Of a DNA stretch of 32,000 bases, positions 15,077 through 23,725 are shown piece by piece. The notes beneath the pieces were generated by a model that worked only from the letters and a program-made list of their open reading frames with translations, did no database searches and was not told the origin of the DNA. Source of the DNA: Gloeothece verrucosa PCC 7822 (GTDB taxonomy: Bacteria; Cyanobacteriota; Cyanobacteriia; Cyanobacteriales; Microcystaceae); the NCBI RefSeq assembly GCF_000147335.1, contig NC_014534.1, positions 124,773 through 156,772 of the forward strand. Reading direction: 5' to 3'. Both the position numbers and the translations under genes were made by a program. Every line of letters starts with the position of its first letter. Within the stretch, counting starts at the first letter, position 1.

Positions 15077-15930
15077 TGATATTCCCCATAAGCTAAAAGG
15101 TTTTGAATTAAATTATGTGCCGCTAGTTTTAACTTATATTCCCTCCTTGAAAGAAGTTGAACGCCCAAAAATGAGCAAGCTGTACAAGAGCAAGAGGGAA
15201 GGTTAATACTCGATAATTTAAGCTTGTTAAGCTTGTTATTTTTCCAATGATAATAATAGCCAAGAAAAGCTTCCTTGATCCAAGTTGAGCTATCATGACT
15301 ATTAATTGCCAGTTGTCCAAACTTTCCCGCCAATTGGTAATTAGAAACACCTAAGATATGCAAATAGCAATTATCAGAAAGATGATTTTTAATTATCTCA
15401 ACAATGCCCAGAAGTTGATGTTGATTGTGGGAATTGGATAGTAAGCCGCCTACTGCAAAATAGCGATATCCCAAATGGTAAAGCCGTTTAAGCTCTTGAA
15501 GTTTTTGAGATATACCGATTCCATGAATAACGGCCATTGGATAACATTGAGGCAAATACAGTTTTGAGAGTTTCAAGAATTGTTGGGATGATTGACGGTT
15601 AAATTCCCTTCTTTCTTCATTATTAATCCCCATTAATAAATGGTCGATGGCGATAACAATATCTCCTGGTTTTGCCCGTTTTTGATATTGTTTTATCGCC
15701 CACAACGGTGTCACTAAATTATTGCCGATTCGGGGAATTTTTAAGTTTTTATAGGACCATACGCCGCAATCGGGAATAATCCTAAACGGGGGAATTAAGC
15801 CAGGATTGATATTTAGCGAAAGTAGCCAACTTAGAGGAAGAACCGGAGGGGGAATGAGTTGCCAAAGAGGGAGACGAGGATTGCTATTAAAATAATCAGT
15901 TTTCCCGATAAAAGGGACAAATTGAGTCAA
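15046..15930 (-). CDS. tRNA-guanine-transglycosylase (TGT) superfamily protein, DpdA-like candidate DNA 7-deazaguanine transglycosylase
   Basis: TTG start at 15930 preceded by an AAGGAGA SD. TGT-type zinc motif CSCTAC (CxCxxC) with a downstream His in LAAHNLIQNL. Also HILGV and HDSSTW segments at the positions of the TGT barrel catalytic strands. At 294 aa it is shorter than bacterial Tgt. Confidence 0.6.
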   Translation of the reverse strand: MTQFVPFIGKTDYFNSNPRLPLWQLIPPPVLPLSWLLSLNINPGLIPPFRIIPDCGVWSYKNLKIPRIGNNLVTPLWAIKQYQKRAKPGDIVIAIDHLLMGINNEERREFNRQSSQQFLKLSKLYLPQCYPMAVIHGIGISQKLQELKRLYHLGYRYFAVGGLLSNSHNQHQLLGIVEIIKNHLSDNCYLHILGVSNYQLAGKFGQLAINSHDSSTWIKEAFLGYYYHWKNNKLNKLKLSSINLPSCSCTACSFLGVQLLSRREYKLKLAAHNLIQNLLAYGEYQCREKPLSLL

Positions 15931-16001
15931 ATATTCTCCTTGTTTAAGAGTTGATTAGGAAGCGGATCTCTCCCTTTTTTATTGCCTAGTCGATGAGCAT
16001 T

Positions 16002-16276
16002 TTAATTACAAATAGGACAGAGGGATTTGTTATTATGCTTCCGTTTAAGATAGAATTCTACTGATTTACCCCCGTCCCAAATTCTCACTAAATTAAACGA
16101 GATTTTTTTTGAAAGAATGCCGCCGTTATTTTCGCTCCATTTCCCTTTCTATGTTCTAATAACCTAGATGCTAAATTATCAGTAGAGCCGAGATAATGTT
16201 GTGCCGATTCTAGAGGATTATTTTTATTACCGATTGGTTGCTCATAATGCAACAGATAGACTTTATTCTGACTCAT
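16002..16276 (-). pseudogene. GIY-YIG-like nuclease-domain protein, frameshifted at an A8 run
   Basis: KVYLLHYEQPI...HYLGSTDNLASRLLEHRKGNGAKIT (track ORF 16088..16276) continues in another frame as ISFNLVRIWDGGKSVEFYLKRKHNNKSLCPICN, ending at 16002. The shift is at the T8/A8 tract at 16103-16110. Confidence 0.55.
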
Positions 16277-17159
16277 TTACTGCCGTTTCTCCTATTAAAT
16301 AATTAAAAGCTTCATTAGCCTTCTGCGCGGCTTTTAAAAATGCGGTTTTATCTGAGGATAATACTTGTAACCAGGAATTTAAGTAAGAAGTATGATTTTC
16401 TAAGCTATAGTTAATTCCAAAATGATTGCAAAGAAAAGCAGAACCTAGATCGGCGATTAATTCTTCAAAAGCATAACCTGTTGAACCTTTAGGATTATCT
16501 AACGGGCGATCGCAACGACTTGAATGTCCTGTCCGATGAACAATTTCGTGAAGATAAGTTGAATAGAAGCCTTCAACTGAATTAAAGTCGGAAGGTTTTG
16601 GCATTCTGATAGTATCTGATGAGGGGATATAACAAGCGATCGGTCCGCCAAAGTGCCTAGCCAGTTGAAGCGAGTTAATAAAGGCTTCAACTTCGGGGAT
16701 GGCGTTAAAATCTTCTGATTTTTTCGGGCTAAAAGTTTCAAGGCGTTCCGCTATCTTGCGATCGCTCTTTGTATCATCCAAGCAAGCAATATTAAAAACT
16801 GAAAACCAGCGACAACCGTTTCTGTATTCTTTTTTGGTTTCCTTGGTTTGAGGATCTTCTACTTCAGCCGCGTAAACCCCTCCCCATCGAATCCAGGTTG
16901 CTTTACTTCCTTTCTTGACAAACCACCCTTGTGCTTTTGCTTGTTGATAGCTGAGAAAAAAGGGATGTTCCCAATTATTGAGGATCAAATCGATCTGGCA
17001 TAGCAAGGGATTAATGCCACGATAGATATGCGAAGTTAAAAAGTTTTGATACTGGGCTGTATGCCAAGGCTTTGCCCAGGGTTTAACTCCTGTCTCGATT
17101 AAAGTAATCAATTTATTGGTAATCAACTCATTTTTATCAATAGTTTTGGCAGCAACCAT
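16263..17159 (-). CDS. ardC: ArdC-like antirestriction protein (N-terminal ssDNA-binding domain plus zincin metalloprotease)
   Basis: GVKPWAKPW...YRGINPLLC is the N-domain signature, and the C-domain has HEIVHRTGH (HExxH). Strong GAGGAGGA SD. Confidence 0.8.
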   Translation of the reverse strand: MVAAKTIDKNELITNKLITLIETGVKPWAKPWHTAQYQNFLTSHIYRGINPLLCQIDLILNNWEHPFFLSYQQAKAQGWFVKKGSKATWIRWGGVYAAEVEDPQTKETKKEYRNGCRWFSVFNIACLDDTKSDRKIAERLETFSPKKSEDFNAIPEVEAFINSLQLARHFGGPIACYIPSSDTIRMPKPSDFNSVEGFYSTYLHEIVHRTGHSSRCDRPLDNPKGSTGYAFEELIADLGSAFLCNHFGINYSLENHTSYLNSWLQVLSSDKTAFLKAAQKANEAFNYLIGETAVNESE

Positions 17160-17183
17160 CTCTATTCTCCTCCTCGAAAATAA

Positions 17184-17735
17184 TTAAGAAATTCTGAGAT
17201 GTTGTCCTCGTGGCATCACCTTAGCCACCAGTCTCCCAGTTTGATCGCGTATCTCTCCGGCCTCGATCGCCGCATCAACCAATGCAGCTTTATTGAGAGT
17301 TGGCATATACTCTAAATATTCTTCGGGGAAGTCTTGTTCACTCAGTTCAGGGTTTACCCACACAGGTACTTTCCCGCCGTTGATGCACAGGGAAATGCGG
17401 GATAATTTTCCTTCTAACTTTTTCCCTTTATCCCCCAGTTCGGCTACACGGTTCTCCATAAACGCCTGTAATTTGGATTTGAGCCAAGTTACAGTGTTTT
17501 TAGAGGATTGAGCTAGTTTATTTAGCCGCTCGGCTTCTGATTGTCGATAATTAGCTATGGCTTCCTGAGCTTTAATCGCTTTTACATAGTTATCTATTTT
17601 GTTCTCTAAGCGTGGCAGAAAATCTTTGTTGAAGATCTCTTCGGCGATCGCTCTAGATTCTGGATCATCTGAATTCAGATGTTCTAAGAGCAGTTCTAAT
17701 TCTTGATCAAGTTCTGCTAAAGTTTCTGTCGGCAT
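17184..17735 (-). CDS. Siphovirus Gp157-like protein
   Basis: Coiled-coil N-half (ELDQELELLLEHL...IDNYVKAIKAQEAIANYRQSEAERLNKLAQSSKNTVTWLKSKLQAFM) and C-half (...LNKAALVDAIEAGEI...) match the remembered Gp157 family layout. Confidence 0.55.
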   Translation of the reverse strand: MPTETLAELDQELELLLEHLNSDDPESRAIAEEIFNKDFLPRLENKIDNYVKAIKAQEAIANYRQSEAERLNKLAQSSKNTVTWLKSKLQAFMENRVAELGDKGKKLEGKLSRISLCINGGKVPVWVNPELSEQDFPEEYLEYMPTLNKAALVDAAIEAGEIRDQTGRLVAKVMPRGQHLRIS

Positions 17736-17852
17736 AATATGGCGGTGAAATTGTTCAATAAAACGCGCTAACAGCGCGACAGAAAAGCCAAAAAAAAGCC
17801 GATATCCCGAATAATTTGAGAATAATCGACTTTTGATCGGCGCTCGGCGAGC

Positions 17853-18326
17853 TTAGTTGAGAATTTTCTTGATAATCGCTGACTTAGTTTGGGATTTTTT
17901 ACAAGTAATTCCCAAGTTTTGCCCGATAATCAACAATTCTTCCTTGGTTTTTTCTTGAAGTTGTTGCTCGGTGAATTTAGGCTTTCCTTGTAAATTACTT
18001 TCAACTTCAACGAGTTCTTCCATTTGAACTTGTTCATCGAGGGCAAGGGAAGGGATATCGAGAAGTTCCGCCACTTCGGGTGCAACCTGTGGAATTTTTT
18101 CTACAACTATTCCTTGTTCTACATATTCGGGAATGACGGGGATTCGATATTCTTGAAGTAGCTTTTCCGCCAGGGGAGTGATCTTTCTAAAGCTGATGAT
18201 TCTGTTGCCGTCTTCGGTAGAAGTAACAGACAACTTTGCTCCCGCCGCACGTAATTGTCTTGTTAGCTGATTAATTACGTCGAAGGGAACAATTACAGGT
18301 TCGATATTTTGAGAAATAGTAGTCAT
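17853..18326 (-). CDS. hypothetical protein with a C-terminal HeH/SAP-like helix pair
   Basis: 157-aa ORF. The C-terminus KEELLIIGQNLGITCKKSQTKSAIIKKIL resembles Rho-N/SAP-type motifs. The rest is unrecognised. Confidence 0.4.
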   Translation of the reverse strand: MTTISQNIEPVIVPFDVINQLTRQLRAAGAKLSVTSTEDGNRIISFRKITPLAEKLLQEYRIPVIPEYVEQGIVVEKIPQVAPEVAELLDIPSLALDEQVQMEELVEVESNLQGKPKFTEQQLQEKTKEELLIIGQNLGITCKKSQTKSAIIKKILN

Positions 18327-18446
18327 GGTGGCTAATTAAAAATTCATAAATTAATCACCGTAAGCAATACGAAAGCGCAGAAGCTCTGCATTTTTAAATC
18401 AGAAGGGAAGCGCGACACGACGATTTTAATCGTCGTCAATATAGCC

Positions 18447-19721
18447 TTAAAACTCATAGTTATATCCATCTTTTTTTTGAATAGCTGTGCAAAATTTATA
18501 GGTAATTCCTGTTGTTCTGCCTTGATGGGATGCTATGTCGAAGCGGCCCGAAGCTCGACATAAAACTCGACCTAAATAAACACCAACTTTTTTTCCTTTT
18601 GTAACTACTGCTTTTACTTGAGCTCCAGTTTGAAATCCTTTGTAAAATTTGTTTCTAGACCGATGTCGAATAGGAAAACCGTATTTATTGATTCCGCACA
18701 TCTGTCTATTTCCGTGTCCTGTCGCTTTAATTAACAATGGTTGCCTTGTTAATAGTTTTAAGCTTTCAAGATTTCCGACACATCCCGCATCTATAAAATG
18801 TCTTTTTTCTAGATTTAATCTACATCTGTTATATTTAGTTCTACCTCCTGTTCCTGTTTCAATTGATAATCCTGTTTCTTTCAGCTTGTTAAATAATGCC
18901 CAACGAGTTGTGTTAACAGCAGCGACATTCTTAAGGGATTGCTTAGATTGTTTTAGAATCTTTTCTAGTAAACTAGGTTGGTTAGATAAGAAATCTTTAA
19001 TATCTTGATTCCCTTTCAATTGATTACAAATTCTACAAGAAATAGTTAAATTTGAACATCTGTCTGATCCTCCTTTTGATTTTGCTAGAATATGTTCAAC
19101 TTCTAACGGTACATCTTTAATACCACAGTAAACGCATCGTCTCCCCCATTTTTCAAGTAAATATTCTCGAATCTCATATCCAAAAAGTTCTCCTTGTTGG
19201 TATTCTTTACCTGATATTTCGGGGTTATCTAAAGCTTGAGTATCAAATTTAACAAGTTCTACCGAAATATTAGTAACATGAACAAATTTGCAAATACGTT
19301 TTACCCAGGTCATGGTCGTTTCTACACGATGTCGGAGACTGGGAGGAAGCCAACCTTTAAGTCGAGTACGATTTAGAAATCGCGCTTGCCGATATCGGGT
19401 TTTTCGGTTTCTACGGCTACGACGAATTTGTCTTCGAGTTAACAAATTATCTTTAATCTGTTGTCCTCTGTGAATTAATTCTGCTCCCCAAATAAGCTTG
19501 TCTTGTTGAACTAATGCAATCCCAGTCGTCTTGCTTCCAGGGTCTAGCTTTAGTTTGATAGTTTCTGTGGGTTTTTGGCATTCTTTTTTCAAAATTATAG
19601 TAAAAGGATAACGCCTTAAAACCGCAGCTTTGCCCTGCTTGAGAAGTTTTCTAGCTACTGATGGATGACAGGGACTAAGAGGGTTTTTCTTCGCATCTAG
19701 AACAAATACAAAATTTGACAT
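18447..19721 (-). CDS. iscB: IscB (OMEGA RNA-guided nuclease: PLMP, split RuvC, bridge helix, HNH)
   Basis: PLMP-type N-terminus (KKNPLSPCHPSVARKLLKQGKAAV), RuvC-I (KLDPGSKTTGIAL), Arg-rich bridge (RRQIRRSRRNRKTRYR), HNH (CVYCG...LEVEHILAKSKGGSDRCSNLTISCRICNQLKGN), RuvC-II/III (AAVNTTRW, KRHFIDAGCVG). The 424-aa ORF is intact with an AAGGAGAG SD. Confidence 0.9.
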   Translation of the reverse strand: MSNFVFVLDAKKNPLSPCHPSVARKLLKQGKAAVLRRYPFTIILKKECQKPTETIKLKLDPGSKTTGIALVQQDKLIWGAELIHRGQQIKDNLLTRRQIRRSRRNRKTRYRQARFLNRTRLKGWLPPSLRHRVETTMTWVKRICKFVHVTNISVELVKFDTQALDNPEISGKEYQQGELFGYEIREYLLEKWGRRCVYCGIKDVPLEVEHILAKSKGGSDRCSNLTISCRICNQLKGNQDIKDFLSNQPSLLEKILKQSKQSLKNVAAVNTTRWALFNKLKETGLSIETGTGGRTKYNRCRLNLEKRHFIDAGCVGNLESLKLLTRQPLLIKATGHGNRQMCGINKYGFPIRHRSRNKFYKGFQTGAQVKAVVTKGKKVGVYLGRVLCRASGRFDIASHQGRTTGITYKFCTAIQKKDGYNYEF

Positions 19722-19990
19722 TTCTGTCTCTCCTTTCGGGTAAAGTTCGCTTCGCCAATGTTTTTAAGGCTTGTTGGGTTAACAACACTGTCTTACCCCT
19801 CGTAAAACTGTTTAATTGTTAACAATAGAGCTACAAACTAGCAACGTATTTGTAGGTATTATGACCTGAAAAACGTAGTCATTTAAGACTTAGGCTGGTC
19901 AACTAACTGAAACTGGGGGCATGGACGCGCAGCGAGGCGTAGCCTAGCCCCGCAATTTCAATGCGGGGTGCTGACAACATAACTGCGAAA
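19722..19990 (-). ncRNA. putative IscB omega-RNA (scaffold plus 5' guide region)
   Basis: A roughly 270-bp non-coding stretch immediately 5' of iscB on the same strand, which is where omega-RNAs are encoded. It contains several hairpins on that strand (CCCCGCATTGAAATTGCGGGG, CTGCTTTCGCAG, GTTAACA...TGTTAAC). The boundaries are guesses. Confidence 0.5.
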
Positions 19991-20009
19991 GCAGGAAAAA
20001 AGAGGAATT

Positions 20010-20312
20010 TTAAGCCAAACAACGCTTTACTAAATTATCAAGAAGGTTTTGAGAACATCCCCAGACTTTAACTTCCCAATTAAATAAAGTAAGTCGCTCA
20101 GAGTGTCTTACTTTAGCTGAAAAACATAGCTTTTTATTCATGATTGATTGTTTAAATTGTTCCGCTTTCTCTTTATCTTCAAAGCCAAAATAAGTTGTCT
20201 TTATTTCGCCGTGAGGCGCAGTGATTGTAGCGATTCTCTGAGTTATAATATTTAAGTACCAACCCTCACTTAATTGAATGAAAGGAATTTGAGAACTTGA
20301 TAATGTTAACAT
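20010..20312 (-). CDS. hypothetical protein (100 aa)
   Basis: ORF only. No motif recognised. Its stop abuts the IscB element. Confidence 0.35.
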   Translation of the reverse strand: MLTLSSSQIPFIQLSEGWYLNIITQRIATITAPHGEIKTTYFGFEDKEKAEQFKQSIMNKKLCFSAKVRHSERLTLFNWEVKVWGCSQNLLDNLVKRCLA

Positions 20313-20627
20313 GGTTTTAATTTTAAGCTATTGGTCAAAAAAAAAGCGCAATCCTTGAACTTCTTCCCTTAATTGCGCGATTCTACATCATGAGGTGCAA
20401 TAATTGGGGAAACATTAATGAAAAGATGTACATGGTCGGCATAATTTCTAGGGCTATAATATTCCAATCTTTTTCAAGACAAATATTCCAAATAATCTTC
20501 CTTAACCTTTTTATACATCTCCCACTAAAACTTTTTTTCGACGTTTGGAAATCCAAACTAAGTGGTAATTAACCAAAAATACTGTGTGACTTTTTGTTCG
20601 ATATTGTTGAGTCATTTGTCACAAATT

Positions 20628-22136
20628 ATGCTAGACTTAATTGTAGTTAATAGTATAACAACTAAAATAAAGGGGTTAAAATTGCTGCTAGGCTACGTCT
20701 ATAAGTTACGTCCCAATCTAGAACAATCAGCCAAAATAGATAGCTGGTTAGATAAGCTTCGCGCAACTTATAACTGGAGTCTAGCTGACAGAATCAATAC
20801 TTACCAACAAAGGTTTATACAGGGGGAATATTGCGATTTACGAACTCGCTCTGTAGCTTGTCCTTTAACCTGTTGTGTACTTAACAACAGCGCAACCGGA
20901 GAACCCTGGAGGAAAAACGGTGAGAAGAGAACGGCCAAAGAAATCCAAATCACTGCCTTGCCTCAACTGAAAAAAGCTAGACCCTGGTACAGGGAAATTG
21001 ATTCAACAGTTTTACAACAAAACTTAGAACGTTTAAATAAAGCTTATGAGAACTTCTTTGCTGGCCGAGGCTTTCCTAAGTTTAAAAACCGTAGTAATTT
21101 TAAATCCTTCACTTATGCTACTGGAGTCCAACTCAAAGGTAATAAAATCTATCTTCCCAAATTAGGATGGATGCGATATTACAATTCTCGTCCAATCCCT
21201 GACGGATTTAAAGTTAAATCGGTAACTGTTAGAAAAAAAGCCGATGGGTATTATGTGAGTATTAGGATTGAAAATAGTTCTATACCGTCTTTTCCTATCT
21301 TACCAATAGATGAGGTTAAAACTGTAATAGGAGTTGATGCCGGAGTGACCAAGCTACTGCATTGTTCCGATAAATCAGTGATAGAAAATCCTCGATTTGG
21401 TACTAACCCAAAAACTAAAAGGCAATTAAAAATCCGCCAAAGAAGATTAAGTCGTTGTAAGAAAGGCTCTAAAAATAGTAAAAAAAAGGCCACTCAACTA
21501 GCTAAATTACATCATAAAATTAAACAGAAAAGAGAGGCATACGCATGGAAAGTAGCTCATAAGATAGTTAAAAAAGCCGACTGTATTGTAGTAGAAGACC
21601 TGAACATACAGGGTTTATTAAAAAGATGCAAACCAATTAAATGTGAACAAACCGGACGATTTCTGCCCAATGATCAAAGTGCTAAAAAAGCACTCCATCG
21701 TTCTATCATAGATGCGTCCTGGCATTCTTTGTTTCAAAAGAGTGAGTATCTAGCTGCGAAGTTAGGAAAAGTTTTCTTAAAAGTTGACCCTAAAAAGACA
21801 AGTCAAACTTGTCCAAAATGCGGTTATGCTGACAAAGAAAATCGAAATAAAGAAAAATTTGTTTGCCTTGACTGCGGTCATTTTAGTGACTCAGATTGGA
21901 ACGCATCTATTAATCTAAAAAACCGAGCTATATCTCAGTTTAATCTAAAAATAAAACAGCCCAGAAAGGTACGACAGGACTTGTCGGAACCCAAGCAACT
22001 TAGTTTGTTTGAAACGCCCTCCCCTGAATTAACAGAGGTTCAAAGGAGACAACATTCTGCTAGAAATAGCAAACGGGATGTGCCGGGGAACCCGCCTACT
22101 CAATTGAGTTTATGGGATATTCAGGACTTGGCTTAG
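20628..22136 (+). CDS. tnpB: TnpB (IS200/IS605 OrfB, IS1341-type stand-alone), apparently intact
   Basis: GYVYKLRPNLEQSAKIDSWLDKLRATYNW N-terminus, RuvC-I IGVDAGVTKL, RuvC-II IVVEDLNIQGL, zinc finger CPKCGY...CLDCGH, RuvC-III DSDWNASINL. The ATG at 20628 is preferred to the track start at 20562. No tnpA adjacent. Confidence 0.85.
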   Translation: MLDLIVVNSITTKIKGLKLLLGYVYKLRPNLEQSAKIDSWLDKLRATYNWSLADRINTYQQRFIQGEYCDLRTRSVACPLTCCVLNNSATGEPWRKNGEKRTAKEIQITALPQLKKARPWYREIDSTVLQQNLERLNKAYENFFAGRGFPKFKNRSNFKSFTYATGVQLKGNKIYLPKLGWMRYYNSRPIPDGFKVKSVTVRKKADGYYVSIRIENSSIPSFPILPIDEVKTVIGVDAGVTKLLHCSDKSVIENPRFGTNPKTKRQLKIRQRRLSRCKKGSKNSKKKATQLAKLHHKIKQKREAYAWKVAHKIVKKADCIVVEDLNIQGLLKRCKPIKCEQTGRFLPNDQSAKKALHRSIIDASWHSLFQKSEYLAAKLGKVFLKVDPKKTSQTCPKCGYADKENRNKEKFVCLDCGHFSDSDWNASINLKNRAISQFNLKIKQPRKVRQDLSEPKQLSLFETPSPELTEVQRRQHSARNSKRDVPGNPPTQLSLWDIQDLA

Positions 22137-22176
22137 TTCTGAAGAATCACCCCAATTCAATTGGGGTGAGTGTCAA
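22000..22176 (+). ncRNA. putative TnpB omega/reRNA scaffold and IS right end
   Basis: By analogy with TnpB elements, whose guide RNA overlaps the 3' end of tnpB and ends at the right end. There is a strong hairpin CACCCCAATT-C-AATTGGGGTG at 22148-22168. The extent is not determinable by eye. Confidence 0.35.
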
Positions 22177-22412
22177 TTAAAACTCATCTTGACAAAAGAT
22201 TTCTTTCTCGCTAATCAATTCCTCTTCTTGAAACCAACAGATATCTCTAGTACCGTTAATCCATTTTAATCCATAAAGCCAGTAGGGGGCTTCAGATAAA
22301 TATTTTTGACTTTTTGACTTTTCCTCAACTAATATTAATCCATAAACTTGATAAAAATCGAGTTCTTCCTCTAATTCTTGGGAAGATTTTCCCTCGAATT
22401 CCTGATATTTTT
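22177..22412 (-). pseudogene. 3' part of a small gene apparently interrupted by ISL3
   Basis: Track ORF 22177..22494. Its first roughly 27 codons are IS-derived. The native part reads KYQEFEGKSSQELEEELDFYQVYGL... Confidence 0.4.
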
Positions 22413-23725
22413 GGTTCTTTAGATTTAAGTATGCTAAAATAATAAAAACAATAGCAAAAATAACAAGCCTAAACTTTAATGCCCTCTCCAGCACAACTAA
22501 AATTGATTCAAAATTTTCTCAACCTCCCCAATATTAAAGTTATAGATTATACAAGACAAGAAAATGTAGGAATGATTATTCAAGTTTTAGCTAATCATAA
22601 AGCTGCTATTTGCCCGCGATGTAAGACAAAAAGTGAAAAATTACATCAAAATCATTCATTTTTAGTCAGAGATTTACCTTTTAGTAATCAGGAAGTTTAT
22701 TTAAAAGTTACTCGAAGACAATTTAAATGCCAAAAATGCCAAAAACCTTTTAGTGAAGAGATTGATTTTATTAAAACAAGAAGAAGTTATACTAAACGTT
22801 TAGCCGCTCAAATTGTTGAGCAAGTATTAAATAGTAATATAAAAACGGTGGCAGAGCAAAATAATTTGAGTCAAGATATTGTAGAAAGAATGCTAAAAGA
22901 TATAGCCAGCGAAAAGCTTAAAGAAAAACCGAAAAATCTCAAAAAACTAGGAATAGATGAAATAGCTCTAGTAAAAGGGCATGGCAATTACTGTGCTGTT
23001 TTAATAGATTTGGAACAAGGTAAATTAATAGGGATGCTGCCTTCAAGAAAACAAGAAGATTTAAAACAATATTTAAAAAAATGGGGAAAAGAAATTCTTG
23101 AAGAGATAGAAGCAGTCAGTATAGATTTATGGAAATCTTATAAAACTTTAATTCAAGAATTGATGCCACAAGCTGAAATTATTGCTGACCGTTTTCATGT
23201 TATGAAAGCTATTAATACAGAATTAGATATGAAAAGAAAAACAATAAAGAAAAAAGCTTATACTCAAAAAAACAAATCTGAAAAAATTTTAGATGCCTTA
23301 AGTAAAAGTAAATATGCTTTGTTGAAAAATGAAAAAGACTTAACAGAAATTCAAAAAGAAAAACTTAAAAAAGTAAAGCAAGAAATTCCTATTTTAGGAA
23401 AAATGCACGAAATCAAAGAAGAATTTCGAGAAATTTTGGACAAGAATTATGATTGGTTAACAGGATTAGATAACTTAAGCGAGTGGCTATTAGCGGCTTC
23501 AACTTTATTTCCTAATAGTTCTAGGACAATTATTAGATGGTTTTCCGAAATCATGGGGTATTTTGAAAGTCGTATTACACAAGGTGTTGTAGAGGGAATT
23601 AATAATAAGCTTAAGTTGATTAAGCGGTCTGGCTATGGGTTCAAAAATTTTGAAAATTTTAAATTAAGATGTTTATTAAATTGGGCTATTACTTGTTAAC
23701 TTAGCATACTTAAATCTGAAGAACC
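22413..23725 (+). mobile_element. ISL3-family insertion sequence (1313 bp)
   Basis: 25-bp TIRs GGTTCTTTAGATTTAAGTATGCTAA (22413-22437) and TTAGCATACTTAAATCTGAAGAACC (23701-23725) bracket a single transposase ORF. Confidence 0.8.
22479..23699 (+). CDS. ISL3-family transposase
   Basis: N-terminal zinc-ribbon (CPRCKTKSEKLH...CQKCQKPF), GIDEIALVKGHGNYCAVLIDLEQGKLIGMLPSR, IADRFHVMK, and C-terminal VEGINNKLKLIKRSGYGFKNFENFKLRCLL, which is the classic ISL3/DDE_Tnp_ISL3 pattern. Confidence 0.85.
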   Translation: MPSPAQLKLIQNFLNLPNIKVIDYTRQENVGMIIQVLANHKAAICPRCKTKSEKLHQNHSFLVRDLPFSNQEVYLKVTRRQFKCQKCQKPFSEEIDFIKTRRSYTKRLAAQIVEQVLNSNIKTVAEQNNLSQDIVERMLKDIASEKLKEKPKNLKKLGIDEIALVKGHGNYCAVLIDLEQGKLIGMLPSRKQEDLKQYLKKWGKEILEEIEAVSIDLWKSYKTLIQELMPQAEIIADRFHVMKAINTELDMKRKTIKKKAYTQKNKSEKILDALSKSKYALLKNEKDLTEIQKEKLKKVKQEIPILGKMHEIKEEFREILDKNYDWLTGLDNLSEWLLAASTLFPNSSRTIIRWFSEIMGYFESRITQGVVEGINNKLKLIKRSGYGFKNFENFKLRCLLNWAITC

